Shown here: piece by piece, positions 40,652 to 49,402 of the stretch
Numbering within the stretch: the first letter of the stretch is position 1
How the letters are laid out: the number at the start of each line of letters is the position of its first letter
Assembly: GCA_018830295.1 (NCBI GenBank)
Contig: JAHJSM010000002.1
Coordinates: 115,131 to 179,130, forward strand
Direction of reading: 5' to 3'
DNA from: Patescibacteria group bacterium
GTDB lineage: Bacteria; Patescibacteriota; Minisyncoccia; Portnoybacterales; UBA2143
DNA length: 64,000 nt
Notes under the pieces: generated by a model
Database searches by the model: none
What the model saw: only the letters and a program-made list of their open reading frames with translations
Told to the model about the DNA's origin: nothing
Translations under genes and position numbers: made by a program

Positions 40652-41338
40652 TATTTCACGCTTGATAATTTCTTTAAAAGATTCCTTGGAAAATCTTTTT
40701 ACCAAACCCTTGCTTTCCTCCGCCAAATTTTCTGGAATAACCAAGGGAATTTTGGTTTTTAATTTTAACAACGGATAATTAACCATTACTTCAGACAACC
40801 GCCATAAGAAATCTTTATTCTTTTGTATAAAACTTTGAGGATAAGATTCTGAAACAAATTCCCAATACATCAAATGGCTCAATTCGTGAAAAACCACATA
40901 TAGAGGGTCTCCGTATTCAAGCAAGGGATTGATATAGATATTAGGCGCGCCAATATCATAATCGCCGCCCCACAAGCAAGAGAATAAAAGATAAATATTA
41001 TATTCTTTATATTTCCACTTTATTTCTGTCGCTTCCTCCATCTGCCGAAAAAAAGCATCTTCAATTTTCCGCCACTTTTTTTCTAATTCATTCCCCTTTT
41101 CATCGATTAAACGAACAATCTCGTCTTTGTTTGATTTAATATGCTCTTTAACTTTATCGCGCAAGCCGGAAAAACTTTCGTCCGAACAATTTGGGATATT
41201 ATGATTCACAATGTAAAGAAAGCGGTCTTTGCCTATCACCTTCCTTGCCCCGCTATAGTTATTATCAACAAACCAAAACTCCTTTTCAAAGGATTTGATA
41301 AATTTTAATTTTACATTATTTTTAATCGTCATAATCAT
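40634..41338 (-). CDS. putative HExxH zinc metallopeptidase (leaderless start MIMTIKN after TGGTATAAT)
   Basis: VVFHELSHLMYWEF HExxH motif; ORF-track N-terminus (AIFWYNG) is the translated promoter module. Confidence 0.45.
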   Translation of the reverse strand: MIMTIKNNVKLKFIKSFEKEFWFVDNNYSGARKVIGKDRFLYIVNHNIPNCSDESFSGLRDKVKEHIKSNKDEIVRLIDEKGNELEKKWRKIEDAFFRQMEEATEIKWKYKEYNIYLLFSCLWGGDYDIGAPNIYINPLLEYGDPLYVVFHELSHLMYWEFVSESYPQSFIQKNKDFLWRLSEVMVNYPLLKLKTKIPLVIPENLAEESKGLVKRFSKESFKEIIKREIEKGIK

Positions 41339-41394
41339 ACACCCATTATACCAAAAAATCGCCAAAAAGGCGATTCTTAAATTTGATTTTTATA

Positions 41395-42361
41395 TCACAA
41401 AACAATATCCTCAAGCCCGTCTTTGATTAATTTAACAAGTTTACGAATTTGCTTCTCGTTTTTTACAGTTTTAGGAAAATCTTTCAATCGCTTAATAATC
41501 TCTGTTGACGATAACAATTTGGCCCAACCTTCCATTCCGAAAGCGATCCAACCACCCGACGGGTTAATCTCTACTAATCCTATTAACTTTGGTCTTGGAC
41601 CAGTTGAATGTAAATATTCCAACCCGATTGACTTGCTTCTATACCTAATCCTGACATTATTATTCCCCTGCGATATTTTATAAAATTCATCTTTAGCCAA
41701 CATCAAAGCGTTATAAACTTCCTCCGGATAATTATTTGCCAATTCCGTAAAATCATCATCCGTGATTTTAACCGTTTTAATACTTGTCTTAAAATCTTCG
41801 CATTTCTTTAAAAACTCCTTTCGCGCTTCTTTTATATTCTTATTCTTAGACAATAACGCCATAACGGCCTTATTCAATTCTCCAGCGCCGCTCGATAAAC
41901 TATCCTTGCTGACTAATAAATATAATTTAGATAAAATATTTTTGCCGTTTTTGCCCAACAAATCATTCAAATTAAATTCCATTATCGGCTCAACTTCATT
42001 CAGATTATCTAAATTCCCCAAAGAAGAATACAAAGCCGTATGCTGTCCTGATGTGATTATTATAAAGGGCGTTTTAATCTTAAAAGTATACTCCAAGCAT
42101 TGGTTTAGATGTCTTTTGATTTGTTCTTCCCACGCTTTAGTTTCCACGATCAAGATTGGTTTGAATTTCTCATCAATGACCACTATATCAGCGCTAAGCC
42201 GCTCAAAATCTAAATGCCGAACAATGTCATATCCCAAAAATTGAAGCAAGGGCAATACTATCTTAATCTTTACATTCTCCTCCGACCCCCTCCTCCCGGC
42301 AACAATATCCCTACTCGGCTCAATTGATTTTATGATTTTAAGAAATTCAGATTTTTTCATT
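41395..42361 (-). CDS. HsdR_N-like PD-(D/E)XK restriction-endonuclease-fold protein
   Basis: DIVVIDEKFKPILIVETKAWEE...QCLEY motif typical of type I R-subunit N-terminal nuclease domain; possible N-terminal extension to 42444 through a hairpin element. Confidence 0.5.
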
Positions 42362-42408
42362 TTTTGTATTATACCAAAAAACCACCCTCTTGGCGATTCC
42401 TCCCCTAA

Positions 42409-42444
42409 GGGGACAGTCCCCGCGGCAGGGACTGTCCCCGTCAT
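42409..42444. repeat. GC-rich palindromic element with embedded ATG (minus strand ACTATGACGGGGACAGTCCC...)
   Basis: family member; encodes MTGTVPAAGTVP when read on minus strand. Confidence 0.75.
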
Positions 42445-42465
42445 AGTAAATCCCCTCCAAATCTT

Positions 42466-42699
42466 TTACTCCCCCTTATCCTCCCTAAACCTATTCCTAA
42501 GATATTCCTTTTCTAATTTCAAAGATTTGATTTTAATCTCAAATAACTCTTTTTCCTTCTTAATCTCATCATCTATTAAACTCAATCTACCCATAGTTTC
42601 TAAAAACTCATCCTGCTTCATAGGCCTTATCCCCCTCGGTCTCATTCTCTTAACCCTCTTTTGAACTTCTTTTTTATTTGTTTTTTTATTTTTTGTCAT
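42466..42699 (-). CDS. small basic coiled-coil protein, full-length member of the repeated 3'-fragment family
   Basis: 77 aa ending …IKSLKLEKEYLRNRFREDKGE as in repeat copies. Confidence 0.4.
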   Translation of the reverse strand: MTKNKKTNKKEVQKRVKRMRPRGIRPMKQDEFLETMGRLSLIDDEIKKEKELFEIKIKSLKLEKEYLRNRFREDKGE

Positions 42700-42775
42700 G
42701 GTTTTGTTTATTAATCAATTTCTTTAATTCTTCAAATTGCTTATCCCCTTTTATGGTCTTCTGTCAAAAAAATAT

Positions 42776-43327
42776 TTAATCATAACAAACACCAGGATTT
42801 CTTTCTGCCGGCGTTTTCCAATCTATCCCATATTTATCTTTTAAGATTCGTTTTTGTTCATCCCAAAACAGATGACAATATCCTAATGTCTTTCGCGTGA
42901 AAATAAGATTTCTTTCTGCTTCTTTAGCCGCCTTTTTAATAATAATTTTTATTTCTGGGTCATTTTCTTGAGGGTTATAACTCTGTAAAATTTCCATATA
43001 AAAATGCTCTGCCCATTCTTTGGCTGTTTTAAAATCAGACGCCCTTACGCTGTTTTTATAAACATCGTTATTGTATTTTAATTTATAATTTATTTTGACC
43101 CATTTATCCGCATTCACGCTCATATCTGTAATTTCCACGCCCTCAACTCGCTTTAGGCATTCCTTATCCATCCTGCCAAGATTTTCTTTCAGGACAATAT
43201 CAAACTCTCTGTAAATTTCTTCTTTAGCAAAAGGCCATTCAGCGCTAAAAATCCCCGATTGTCCATCCTCGGCAATTTCCCGCTCGCCCGCCTTAAAAAA
43301 GTTTTTAATAAATTTTACAAATTTCAT
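42776..43327 (-). CDS. hypothetical protein
   Basis: ORF only. Confidence 0.35.
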   Translation of the reverse strand: MKFVKFIKNFFKAGEREIAEDGQSGIFSAEWPFAKEEIYREFDIVLKENLGRMDKECLKRVEGVEITDMSVNADKWVKINYKLKYNNDVYKNSVRASDFKTAKEWAEHFYMEILQSYNPQENDPEIKIIIKKAAKEAERNLIFTRKTLGYCHLFWDEQKRILKDKYGIDWKTPAERNPGVCYD

Positions 43328-43415
43328 AATTACTCATCAAAAATTAAACTTTTAATATATTTATCCCAACCGCCGCCTCCGTATAGATTTTAGCGCCTTT
43401 CCTCCTTTTTCTTAA

Positions 43416-43898
43416 CTAAGGCATAAAGTCGCGAAACCATTTCCTGATTCTTTCGCTCCTAGACGGAATTATTTTCTCAATAGACGCGAAATTTTCTTTT
43501 TCGTAAATGTCAAAAACCTTAAAAGCAATTTTTTTTAAATAGTTCTTAAAATATTCTCTGTCATTCTCGCATTTCATTTTGTTAATAAGATTTGATAAAT
43601 ATTCTTTCTCCTTGCCATGCTCTGAATCACACTCCATAGAATCAAATGTTTGAAAAATAAGGGATTGAATATGATCGCTCATTGAGCCCACATACCAAGC
43701 GCCCGGAAAATATCTCCCAAATTGCATTTTATGCACTTTCATTGACCCTGCAAGCATATCTATAAAATTAAGATGTTCGCTAATGTCTTCTTTAATCTCT
43801 ATACCACACTTAGGACATTTTATCCCTTTTTTATAGGGAACAAAGATAGCCCCGCATTGAGAACACTTAAAATTAGGTTTTTTAATATGGAGAGTCAT
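43416..43898 (-). CDS. hypothetical protein with N-terminal zinc ribbon (CSQCG...CPKCG)
   Basis: two CxxC pairs. Confidence 0.35.
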   Translation of the reverse strand: MTLHIKKPNFKCSQCGAIFVPYKKGIKCPKCGIEIKEDISEHLNFIDMLAGSMKVHKMQFGRYFPGAWYVGSMSDHIQSLIFQTFDSMECDSEHGKEKEYLSNLINKMKCENDREYFKNYLKKIAFKVFDIYEKENFASIEKIIPSRSERIRKWFRDFMP

Positions 43899-43935
43899 GT
43901 TTTATAAAATACCTTCTGGCGGCATATGTTTTAAA

Positions 43936-44562
43936 TTATTTCAATCTTTTTACTATCCCCTCAAATTGCTCATCCCATTTTACGGTCGCGTGGGGACTTC
44001 TACCCAAATAAGAAGGATGATAAAATGAAATATCACGAAGCGAAGAATAATATATTTTAGACAATTCAACATTTAATTCCTTAAGATTTTTTCTGAAAAG
44101 CGTTTCAACATTACCACCCATTAAAACAACAATCTGTGGATTATAACATTCTATTTCTTCTTTTAAACATTTTCTAAAATTGTCGTTAGAATACCATTCT
44201 TCTTTAAATTTTTTAGGTTTAACCTTTGCTTTCCCTTCTCTTTTGACCATATCGGTTACATAAACTTTTCCCAAATTATGTTTCTTCAAAAAACACTGAA
44301 AACCAACATCAATAAATGTTGCGTTGTAATTCCCTAAATATCTCAAATGTTTTGATTGTGGTTTTAAAAAATAATCTGACGGCTTTTGCCCAATAAACAT
44401 TATCTTATATTTCTCCTTCTCTTCCGGTGGAATAAAATTTCCCGCCAGCCAATTGCCGCCATTTTTTTTGTTATATCTATCAAAAATCTCTTGTAATTTT
44501 TTGTCTAACATAAATTTTATCCCCAAATCCCCTACCCCACAAACCAACAACCTTCTATGCAT
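43936..44562 (-). CDS. possible uracil-DNA glycosylase superfamily protein
   Basis: IMFIGQKPS near N-terminus and FYHPSYLGRSP near C-terminus resemble UDG family 4/5 motifs; weak. Confidence 0.3.
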   Translation of the reverse strand: MHRRLLVCGVGDLGIKFMLDKKLQEIFDRYNKKNGGNWLAGNFIPPEEKEKYKIMFIGQKPSDYFLKPQSKHLRYLGNYNATFIDVGFQCFLKKHNLGKVYVTDMVKREGKAKVKPKKFKEEWYSNDNFRKCLKEEIECYNPQIVVLMGGNVETLFRKNLKELNVELSKIYYSSLRDISFYHPSYLGRSPHATVKWDEQFEGIVKRLK

Positions 44563-44700
44563 CCCTCTATCGGAAATATTATTTCTTCATCCAATTCTTC
44601 CAAAAACTTATCAAAACTTTCTCCCGACAATAGGAACGAACCCCAAAATAGAATCAAAACCGAGCAAAACACAACCAACAAAGACAAGGCGGCTATTCTT

Positions 44701-44991
44701 CTAATCGCTCCCAATGTTTGTTTGATTTTTTCTTTCATATTCTTTTCTAATTTCTTTTTCAAATTCATCTTTATCTTCATAATCAAGATTTACTTTAAGT
44801 TCAAATATTTTATACACAAACAAAATAATCCCAATTATCCCAGATAAATCTATTAAAAAATTTAAACTTATATTGTCCGTATAATGGAAGTTTCCGATCA
44901 GATTTAAGCGAGAAAAAGTAAATAAACCAAAAATAATTCCCCAAACCACAAATAAACTTTCAATAAATTTTTTAAAGTCTTTCATATTCAA
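44701..44991 (-). CDS. hypothetical small membrane protein
   Basis: two TM helices. Confidence 0.3.
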   Translation of the reverse strand: MNMKDFKKFIESLFVVWGIIFGLFTFSRLNLIGNFHYTDNISLNFLIDLSGIIGIILFVYKIFELKVNLDYEDKDEFEKEIRKEYERKNQTNIGSD

Positions 44992-45071
44992 ATTTCTTTT
45001 AAATCTTTTATTTATTCTACCAAAAAGGTTCCTCTCTTAGGGACAGTCCCTGCCATAGTTTTGTTTTTTAA

Positions 45072-46880
45072 TTAATAAACTGTCACTTTTTGGGTGCATT
45101 GATTATCATAATAATATTCATAATCCAAACCGCTAAAAAAATACCCGGGATAATAAGTCGCCTTAACACACCAAGACACCACTTTTTGAGTACAACTACT
45201 ATCCCAATAATTATCATAACCATCCCAATATCTGTCCGAATAATATGTGGAAAATCTGCACACTTTTGCCGTTTGAGAACATTGAGAATCATAATAATAT
45301 TCACCCCCGCTAATAAAATATCCCGAAGGGCTTGTAGATTTAGAACATCCCCTTACCATCAATTGAGAACAACTACTATCCCAATAAAAATCTGTTCCTG
45401 GGGGTTTAACATAGTATTGTTGAAAAGATAAACAGTAAATCTGATTATTGCATTGACTATCCGTATAAAAATTGACACCATCAGAATAGGCAGAAAAATC
45501 AGAAGAATATTCGCAAGGTTTTTCATATTGGGGATAAACATCAATAGTTTTGCCAGAAGGAATTCTTATTATAGTTGCGCGAGTATTGCGATAACTGTCA
45601 GGAATTTCGCCTCCAACAAAATCTTTGTTCGTGGTTTCAATATAATAATAACATCTACCATCAACTTCATAATATGTCCCCGAAACATCACAATTCATAT
45701 AGACACCCACCGCCATATGCCCTGGCAACAAAATAAGAACAGAACCATATCCCATTGCGTCAATAATAGAAGCTGTTAAATAACTGGTATCTTCGCAATC
45801 TCCATTTTTTTCAAAAAATGTCTCAATGGGATATTTAGGATATTCATCATAACCGGTAAAAATATCTTTTACATACGGCAAGTTTTGCACAAAAGATACG
45901 GCCAACCAAACCTCACTGATATTGCTCTTATCATTAGCGCCTTTTGAAATTTTCTCACTTATCTTTTTGATAAAGGGATCATCACTGGTAATATATTCTA
46001 AACTTTCAGGAGAGCTTCTTGGCTTTGCTTTATAATAATCATACCAATCTTCTTGAATTGACTCTATCCAATTCCAATCATAACCACCATAGTTCCAAGT
46101 GAATGTTTGAGGCATATTCCGCCCTCCGCCCGCAGGATGGGTGTCTTTATTGTCAACTATCCCATCACCATCAGAATCCGAATTTAAATCAGAGGTTCCT
46201 AATTTTAACTCTTCTCTGTATGTTAAACTGTCGCCATCTATGTCGGCATTCATTCTTTCTTCTTCAGCTTCGTTTTCTGATAATTCTTGTTCTTTTAATT
46301 TTCTCTCAAACTCTTCCTGTTTTGCTTTTACTTCGGCTCGACTCCTTTTAATTGCTTCCTGCCGAGTTTTTTCTTCTGCCTCATCTTTTGCTACTTCAGC
46401 TTCTCTTTTTGCCACTTCTGCTTCATCTCTTTTAGTAGTTTCTTCTTGAGCCACTTTATTCGCTCTCCCTTCTTTAATCTTACTTAAATCGGCTTCTTGG
46501 CTCAATTCTTCCATCTTAAAATTCTTCTCCCAAGAAATTTTATAAATTAAATTAGAAATATTATTGAAAACGGGCTTATCGGATAAATAACCAGCGAATT
46601 CTTTGCCAAGAGCGTAATCATAGAAAATAAAATTTAAAGCAACAACCCCGACAATAGACCAAATAACTATTTCTTTGGGAATATTCTTTTTAAATAATAA
46701 AAAAGACGCAGTTAAACTGCGCTTCCAATTAAACACTATCCCCTCTAAAACTTTTTTCTGTTTTTCGAGATATTTTTTCATGATAATTGATATCAACTCT
46801 ATTTTACATTTGGCTATTCTTGCTCTAAAAAATAAAGCCCGCTTTGAAAGCGGGCAAAAAAATATTTTCAATTTTACCAA
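45072..46880 (-). CDS. large surface protein: N-terminal TM, Glu/Ala/Lys coiled coil, Asp-rich Ca-binding-like repeats, transglutaminase-like core, C-terminal Cys-rich about 35-aa repeats
   Basis: NGDCEDTSYLTASIIDAMGYGSVLILLPGHMAVGV papain-fold core; repeated YYDSQC/YWDSSC modules. Confidence 0.5.
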   Translation of the reverse strand: MVKLKIFFCPLSKRALFFRARIAKCKIELISIIMKKYLEKQKKVLEGIVFNWKRSLTASFLLFKKNIPKEIVIWSIVGVVALNFIFYDYALGKEFAGYLSDKPVFNNISNLIYKISWEKNFKMEELSQEADLSKIKEGRANKVAQEETTKRDEAEVAKREAEVAKDEAEEKTRQEAIKRSRAEVKAKQEEFERKLKEQELSENEAEEERMNADIDGDSLTYREELKLGTSDLNSDSDGDGIVDNKDTHPAGGGRNMPQTFTWNYGGYDWNWIESIQEDWYDYYKAKPRSSPESLEYITSDDPFIKKISEKISKGANDKSNISEVWLAVSFVQNLPYVKDIFTGYDEYPKYPIETFFEKNGDCEDTSYLTASIIDAMGYGSVLILLPGHMAVGVYMNCDVSGTYYEVDGRCYYYIETTNKDFVGGEIPDSYRNTRATIIRIPSGKTIDVYPQYEKPCEYSSDFSAYSDGVNFYTDSQCNNQIYCLSFQQYYVKPPGTDFYWDSSCSQLMVRGCSKSTSPSGYFISGGEYYYDSQCSQTAKVCRFSTYYSDRYWDGYDNYWDSSCTQKVVSWCVKATYYPGYFFSGLDYEYYYDNQCTQKVTVY

Positions 46881-47218
46881 CCATATAAGCTTTTTCTATT
46901 GTTCCAAGTATATCCGTCCGAATAAGTCTTAAAATGACCCTGAACATATGTCCCCGTGCTTGGTTTATAGTAACTACTTTGCCATTTTAGCCCGCTGTTG
47001 TATGAAGGGTAACTTCTTGTAGAGTAAGAATTGCTATAAGAGGGAGTATAACTGTTATAACTTGAGTATGAAGGCGAACTCCGATAATAACTGCTGACAT
47101 ATGTCCCGTTGCTCTTATAATATCCGCTAACCCACCCGGCATGAGCAGGTGTAGAAAATAAAAATCCCAAGATCATAAAAAAGGCTACCGCTAACGCAAA
47201 TGATAATAATTTTTTCAT
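46874..47218 (-). CDS. secreted Ser/Tyr-rich low-complexity protein
   Basis: signal peptide then SY-rich repeats; TTGACA-N17-TAGCAT promoter upstream. Confidence 0.4.
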   Translation of the reverse strand: MKKLLSFALAVAFFMILGFLFSTPAHAGWVSGYYKSNGTYVSSYYRSSPSYSSYNSYTPSYSNSYSTRSYPSYNSGLKWQSSYYKPSTGTYVQGHFKTYSDGYTWNNRKSLYGW

Positions 47219-47307
47219 AAAGTTATAATTTACTTTTTACAATTTAATGCTAACAAAAACAATAATCTTTGTCAAAGCGAAAAAGATTCCTGACGGCTTT
47301 TTTCCAA

Positions 47308-47342
47308 GGGAACAGTCCCCCGTCCGCGGGGGCTGCCCCCGT
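47308..47342. repeat. GC-rich palindromic element (GGGAACAGTCCCCC-GTCCGC-GGGGGCTGCCCCC)
   Basis: family member. Confidence 0.75.
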
Positions 47343-47415
47343 CATCTCTTTCTTTGAAATATTATTTTAGTTTAAAAAAAATTCCCGACATCTTCAATTA
47401 AATTTAGTTTGTTGA

Positions 47416-47847
47416 TTATTTAATTCCCAAAAGAAAATAAAGAAGATAATTATATCCCGAATGGATAGCGATAGCCGTTAGAAGTCCTAAAACAGGTTTC
47501 TTTTTGTTAATGAAATAACAAAGAATTATAGCCGCTATTACATGGATTAGTATTGGATAAACCGAAACAGAAATTCCTTTGTTGATATATCGGACAATGG
47601 CTTCTAACACTCCCCAGCCAAGACCAAAGAAAAAACTATAAGAAACTTTTATTTTCCAAATTAAAATTGAAAAATATCTGCCTAATTCTTCATAGAGAGG
47701 AGAAAAAATGACAGGAAGCGCCAAAATAAAAAAATTATTTTCTATGCTGTTAAGTTTAATTGTAATTAAAACAAGAATTAAAAACAACAATCCGAAGCCG
47801 ATTATGCCCGCAAAAAAAGTGACTAAAATATTAATTAGGCGGATCAT
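47416..47847 (-). CDS. CPBP/Abi-like intramembrane protease-family membrane protein (start at Met 47847)
   Basis: 4-5 TM; PLYEELGRYF, ILIHVIAA, AIHSGYN motifs resemble the CPBP motif set. Confidence 0.4.
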   Translation of the reverse strand: MIRLINILVTFFAGIIGFGLLFLILVLITIKLNSIENNFFILALPVIFSPLYEELGRYFSILIWKIKVSYSFFFGLGWGVLEAIVRYINKGISVSVYPILIHVIAAIILCYFINKKKPVLGLLTAIAIHSGYNYLLYFLLGIK

Positions 47848-47850
47848 TGT

Positions 47851-47995
47851 GTCGCAGTGGTTTTTTACTGGCAAGCGGACAAACAAAAAAGGGCACCCGC
47901 TTACCGACAGCCCTTTCGGAACTGTCTACTGCCTTTCGGCAGCAACCACTGCGACATGATGATAAGACGGATGCCCGTCTTTATATCGCAGTGGA
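47851..47995 (-). ncRNA. structured 5' leader RNA (three-way junction with two GNRA hairpins, mutually exclusive closing helices) upstream of the CPBP gene
   Basis: 12-bp helix GTCGCAGTGGTT/AACCACTGCGAC; hairpins CUGCC-GAAA-GGCAG and GACAGUUCC-GAAA-GGGCUGUC (minus strand); third copy of TCGCAGTGG at 47987 allows alternative pairing. Confidence 0.45.
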
Positions 47996-48149
47996 TTTTT
48001 TACCATACCTTATAGACCAAACTATAAGGGTTAGGCAATCAAATTGTTATTTGTAGATTAGCATAAATCAGAAATTTTTGGAAGCATGCGAAAAGATTAA
48101 ATTAATTTGAAAAAGGTCATCAGGAACTTTTTTATCGTTAAAGCGGAAA

Positions 48150-48449
48150 TTATCCAATAAGTTTCTGAATGTCTTCTTGGCTAAACTCTTTTTTGTAATC
48201 AATTAATTTGGGATGACTAATGCTTCGCAATTCCGCGTCGTAGGTTGCCATGATGCTCCTTGCTCTTTTTTGGTAAACCATCCAGTTCCTCTGCGAGGCA
48301 AATTCATCAAACTTATTTAAGCCATCAAATCCATCGCCAAATTTGGCGAAGGCTATAAAAAAATCGAGATTTTCTGTAAAATCATATTTATCAATCCTGT
48401 CTTTTATCCAATTTGAAAAATCCCTGCCAACGCCGAGCCATTGATACAA
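48150..48449 (-). CDS. AntA/AntB-like antirepressor domain protein (phage-type)
   Basis: WLGVGRDFSNWIKDRIDKYDFTENLDF matches the AntA-domain pattern. Confidence 0.5.
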   Translation of the reverse strand: MYQWLGVGRDFSNWIKDRIDKYDFTENLDFFIAFAKFGDGFDGLNKFDEFASQRNWMVYQKRARSIMATYDAELRSISHPKLIDYKKEFSQEDIQKLIG

Positions 48450-48589
48450 TTCTCTGGCGTTAACAAATTTTTTTTCTCGCCATTAAAATCTTTTTGAATT
48501 ACTTTGATATTTATAAGGTCGTTCATTGTTTTGAATTATTTTTTTACATTATATCAAAAAACCGCCCAAAAGGCGATTTTTATATTTCC

Positions 48590-48750
48590 TAAAAAAGGTC
48601 AGGCCTTTCGAGTAGAGACATTTCTTAAGGTCTCGCTCAGAAGGTCTGACCTTTTTTCACCCCCTGTATTTCTCCCCAAACCCCCTCTAAATCTTTTATT
48701 CCCCCTTATCCTCCCTAAACCTATTCTTAAGATATTCCTTCTCTAATGCG
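48590..48750 (-). repeat. about 170 bp repeat copy 2 (3' ORF fragment plus terminator), interrupted by GC-rich palindrome at 48752-48790
   Basis: near-identical to 38815-38995. Confidence 0.7.
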
Positions 48751-48939
48751 CGCGCCCGAAGCCTGGCTTCGGGAGTGGGCTTCGAGAGTAAAAATATTTT
48801 GCATTTTATAATTTTATTTTCAAATCCCCTCCAAATCTTTTATTTATTTCCTAAAAAGGCTCCTGACGACTTTCTCTGATATTTCTCCACAAAAATAAGG
48901 ACAGAAGTTTATTTTCTGTCCTTAAATGATTGAATTTGT

Positions 48940-49380
48940 TCAAATCGTAATATCAGTCACATCGCCGTAAAGCAATAACAAATCTTTTGGATTGAATTTC
49001 ATCCCAGTAAATTCATCGCCACCTGCTCCTATAACATAAGGTTTTTCCATTAAATTAGCATCAATCACAACCTTGCACTTGTCAAAAAACGCGTATGGCG
49101 GAAGTCCTCCAATTTTAAAACCCGTTAGTTTTTCCACTTCTTCTGGTTTCGCGAAAGAAATTTTTGAGACATCAAAATATTTCTTTATCTTTTTAGTATC
49201 AATTTTTTTATCACCGCTAATTATTGCTGCCAAAAATTGATTTCCAGATTTTAATAAAATACTTTTAATTATAGAGGATGACTTTTCGGAAAGCGCCAAA
49301 GCGGCATTTTCGGTTTGAGCGCCGCTTTTTTTATGTCTTAATATTTTACATTTAGATTTGAATTTTTCTATATTGTTCAT
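48940..49380 (-). CDS. YbaK/ProX-like aminoacyl-tRNA deacylase-domain protein
   Basis: ILLKSGNQFLAAIISGDKKIDTKKIKK...PEEVEKLTGFKIGGLPPYAF pattern of the YbaK editing domain. Confidence 0.5.
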   Translation of the reverse strand: MNNIEKFKSKCKILRHKKSGAQTENAALALSEKSSSIIKSILLKSGNQFLAAIISGDKKIDTKKIKKYFDVSKISFAKPEEVEKLTGFKIGGLPPYAFFDKCKVVIDANLMEKPYVIGAGGDEFTGMKFNPKDLLLLYGDVTDITI

Positions 49381-49402
49381 AATACGCCCCTGTCGCGTTA
49401 AT

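Noticed and set aside
40500-40778. 92-aa plus-strand ORF after the rSAM gene
   Set aside because: Different frame from the SD-supported, stop-codon-overlapping 53-aa peptide; runs through the terminator hairpin; no RBS.
41395-42444. ORF-track N-terminal extensions beginning AIFWYNG / MTGTVPAAGTVP treated as genuine protein sequence
   Set aside because: These are translations of the repeated promoter and hairpin modules; shorter starts directly after TGGTATAAT or at conserved Met are preferred, though the 42444 extension is kept as a possibility in findings.
45083-45779. Several ORFs of 60-113 aa on both strands inside 45072-46880
   Set aside because: Embedded in the large surface-protein gene with repetitive low-complexity translation.
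47708-47959. 83-aa plus-strand ORF
   Set aside because: Antisense to the CPBP gene and overlaps the structured RNA element; no translation signals.
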